Shown: one piece after another, positions 61,601 through 64,000 of the stretch | How the letters are laid out: each line of letters opens with the position of its first letter | Position numbering within the stretch: position 1 is the first letter of the stretch | Assembly: GCA_010909165.1 (NCBI GenBank) | Contig: VJWM01000126.1 | Coordinates: forward strand, 62,001-126,000 | Direction: 5' to 3' | DNA: 64,000 bases | Origin: Anthoceros angustus | Taxonomy: Eukaryota; Plantae; Anthocerotophyta | Position numbers and translations under genes: made by a program | The notes under the pieces: model-generated | Told to the model about the DNA's origin: nothing | Databases searched by the model: none | Seen by the model: the letters and a program-made list of their open reading frames with translations, nothing else

Positions 61601-62009
61601 CCGCTTTGGTGTAGCCAGGCGAAGCCACCCCGTCCTCGGGGATCATGTCCGCGAGCTTCACCCTGCTCGGTATGTCTGAAGGACTGGCCAAGATACCAGG
61701 CTGCTGCGGCCCCTGTCCCGAGAGCACGACGCCCCCAGCCCCATTGCCAGTAGCATTGTTCTGTCCCGGACCCATGAAAGGGGCGGCACGCGGGGTAGAG
61801 CCTCCCGCGGCCGCCTGCTGCGACGCCACCGGCAGAGCCAGAGAGAGCGAAGAAGCTCCGAGCCCCGGTGACGCCCCCGGCACGCCAACAGCACGCCCCG
61901 CCGGCTGCTGAGTCGCGAAAGGAGTCGCGGCAGCCCCAGTGGCCGGTCTGGTGGATGGGCCCGGAGGCGGAGGAGGCATGGAAGGCATCTGCATGGCCAT
62001 GGCCGTCAT
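58624..62009 (-). CDS. Protein with a 2OG-Fe(II)-oxygenase-like fold, a U-box-like domain and a C-terminal GVQYPF/RLQYRSL domain (At3g19895/PUB62-63-like), multi-exon
   Basis: RVKLADMIP..AVEMLSQSLA..NAAIIEL, FRCLGKASRA, VEKGLLRLI, GDLLLLVGRALHQATAG, EPSLRNVLSDPLTGALLEDA..CGHSFG, GVQYPFAVNERVMIKGNKRT and LNGWY..RLQYRSL, joined by GT-AG introns. Confidence 0.9.
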
Positions 62010-64000
62010 GCTTGATGGATGTGAAACCGGCTATCCTGTCCCTCACTCAGCTGACCTCCCCTCCGGCGTCACTCCGGAGGCAGCAGCGCCCGGGTCCGGG
62101 TCCAGCCACCTGCAAAAAAGCGACTACTTCTGGAGCAAGCGCGCACGCAACCACTGCTCATCCTGGTCCCCACAGCGCGCATGGAACCAAGAATCCTACC
62201 CTCGTCTCCCTCCCGCAGTCCAAGAATTGAGCAAGAAAAGCGCCATGGCCGCAGATGCACGCAATTTCACCACGCCACCACAGCACAGCACATCACAGCA
62301 CACCAAGCCACAGCAGCTGAACCCTATCAGGTGGGAAGACACACGCAAACACGCACCACGGGGTGATGCGAGCCGGCCATGCCTATCTAGTCCCCTAGCC
62401 GCAAGAACGAACCTACATACCACTACCTACCCTCCAAAATCCCTCCTTGCCTTCCCTCTCCTTTCCTCCACTTCCAATTCCCCTAACACCTGCTCCAGCA
62501 GCTCACTCCTCCACCATTCTCCCTGCCCTGCTGCTGCTCTCTCCTAGAACCGCGGCCCGCGCCTCCGAGGCATAAATCAGCTTCACATTCTCCAATGCGT
62601 CTTCCTCCTCCGGCCTACCTTCTCCTCCCAGCCAGCCAGCCAACTTCCTGTTCCCGCACCAATTGCTGCAGGCGAGATCCGAGGCCTGCCGCAAGCCGGC
62701 AAATCCTGTCTCTGCTGCTCCGGAAGTCCGAATTTTTTTCCGCCTATTGTGCGCTGCTCTCCTTGCCTCTGCCTTCTTGCGCTGCTGCTGCTGCTGCTGA
62801 TGCTGCTGCTGACGCTGTCTCCGCCGCCTCCGCCGCGAGCGCGTGCGAGAGCGTGCCTGCTACGCCTGCCTGCCCGCCTTGCTGCTCGCCCGCCTGCACA
62901 GCTTGCGACGAGAGTCGCGACTAGCGAGGTAGTCAGACCGCGGAACCCCGTTGCCTCGCAGCCCGTCGCGGACTGTAACGCGTCCCGTTATGTTCTACGG
63001 CCTCGGCTCTCGGCCCTCGGCGGGCCTTGCTGGGCCCACGATTGGGTTAGGTTAGGTTTCCATAAATGAGTTGGTAGGTAATTTAGGTGGGCGCGCGGGG
63101 GAGAGGTTTATATGAGCCATGCCATGCCGGTAATTTAGGATGTTGCACATGCGATATGAATGGGCGGACAGCTGGATGCCATGTCATATGTATGCTAGTG
63201 AGCAAGTTCACGTGCATCGCATGTACTAGCCATCATGGTGGGAGCCATAAGCCATGACTTTCACACATGCCTCACGCTGCCCTTCCGTTATCACAAGCTC
63301 ACACCGCACATCCATGCCATAAGCAAGCGGCTACGCTGCACACGTTTTCAGACCTAGAAGCATTCCGAACAAAGCCCGATAAGTTATCTGTACCAGACCA
63401 GGTCATATCTCATTATTTTGGTTTGGGCAGGACGTAATGTATGGATATAATCGACTGCAAGATTTTCAATCAGTAATTACTAATTTAATTAGTAATTTTA
63501 TCATTTTCTACTTTCTAGGTCCAATTTAGATCACTCATTTACACCTTTTCTTTACAAGACATGACAAGTGAATCCCTCATTCTCTTTGGGTGAAGAATGG
63601 AACACTAGCATGCCAAAAGAAAATACATAAATTCTAACATTGAGGAGATTTTAAAACCCTCGGTTGCATGTTGTTGTCATGTATAAGAATGGGATGGCGT
63701 CTTATTGACTTGAATTCTAATATGAACCATGGAATGAATGCTAGTGTCAAAACATTCCCCTATGGATAGATGAATCATCCTTTACAAACATGAGCAAATA
63801 AATGTGTACCTATTTAAAATTATACAAGTTCAAAATTTATACCTTCAAGAATTTACCCCTTTAAGAATTTTCTTTTCTCTACGGATCCTTCTTAGAGTAT
63901 ATCAAATACTAAAATAATAATAAATTAAAAATAATAATAAACACCACACCCCCCCGGTAAGTAACCACCACGGTGGACCACATATTTGTAATCTTATATT

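Noticed and set aside
62040-63069. ORFs upstream of the U-box gene
   Set aside because: Low-complexity GC-rich 5' UTR/promoter sequence, with an intron acceptor near 62111.

Overview
Eukaryotic, gene-dense land-plant nuclear DNA with short (~75-150 nt) GT-AG introns and relics of PLS-class PPR genes. A seed-free plant such as a hornwort is plausible, but this is inference. (1) 1-4135: left-truncated, internally rearranged Ty1/copia element on the minus strand, with LTR and tRNA-Met PBS. (2) ~4136-16800: accessory mosaic built from two paralogous blocks about 8 kb apart. It holds three intronless coiled-coil + C-terminal RING genes, a decayed SUVH-type SET gene, decayed PPR genes (one partly inverted), a repeatedly copied ~170-bp module, minisatellites and a MITE. 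(3) 17.5-44.4 kb: mostly conserved genes - WSD wax synthase/DGAT, plastid SecY, gamma-SNAP, GIL1/IRKI-like, CREST-type membrane protein, CDC25/arsenate reductase, an orphan MGC- protein and a RING-WD40 gene - plus a decayed CRE-like non-LTR retrotransposon. (4) 45.9-62 kb: ADA2 with a tandem duplication of its promoter and first exons, then two tandem spliced genes encoding only the N-terminal part of plant ATRX, then a 2OG-fold/U-box gene whose 3' half was co-duplicated. The strongest candidates for something new are the stand-alone ATRX-N gene pair and the coiled-coil-RING/SUVH/PPR shuffling cluster. Family assignments rest on recalled motifs, not database searches. Many 1-nt indels fall in homopolymers or CCWGG/CCGG contexts, so some frameshifts may be long-read consensus errors.
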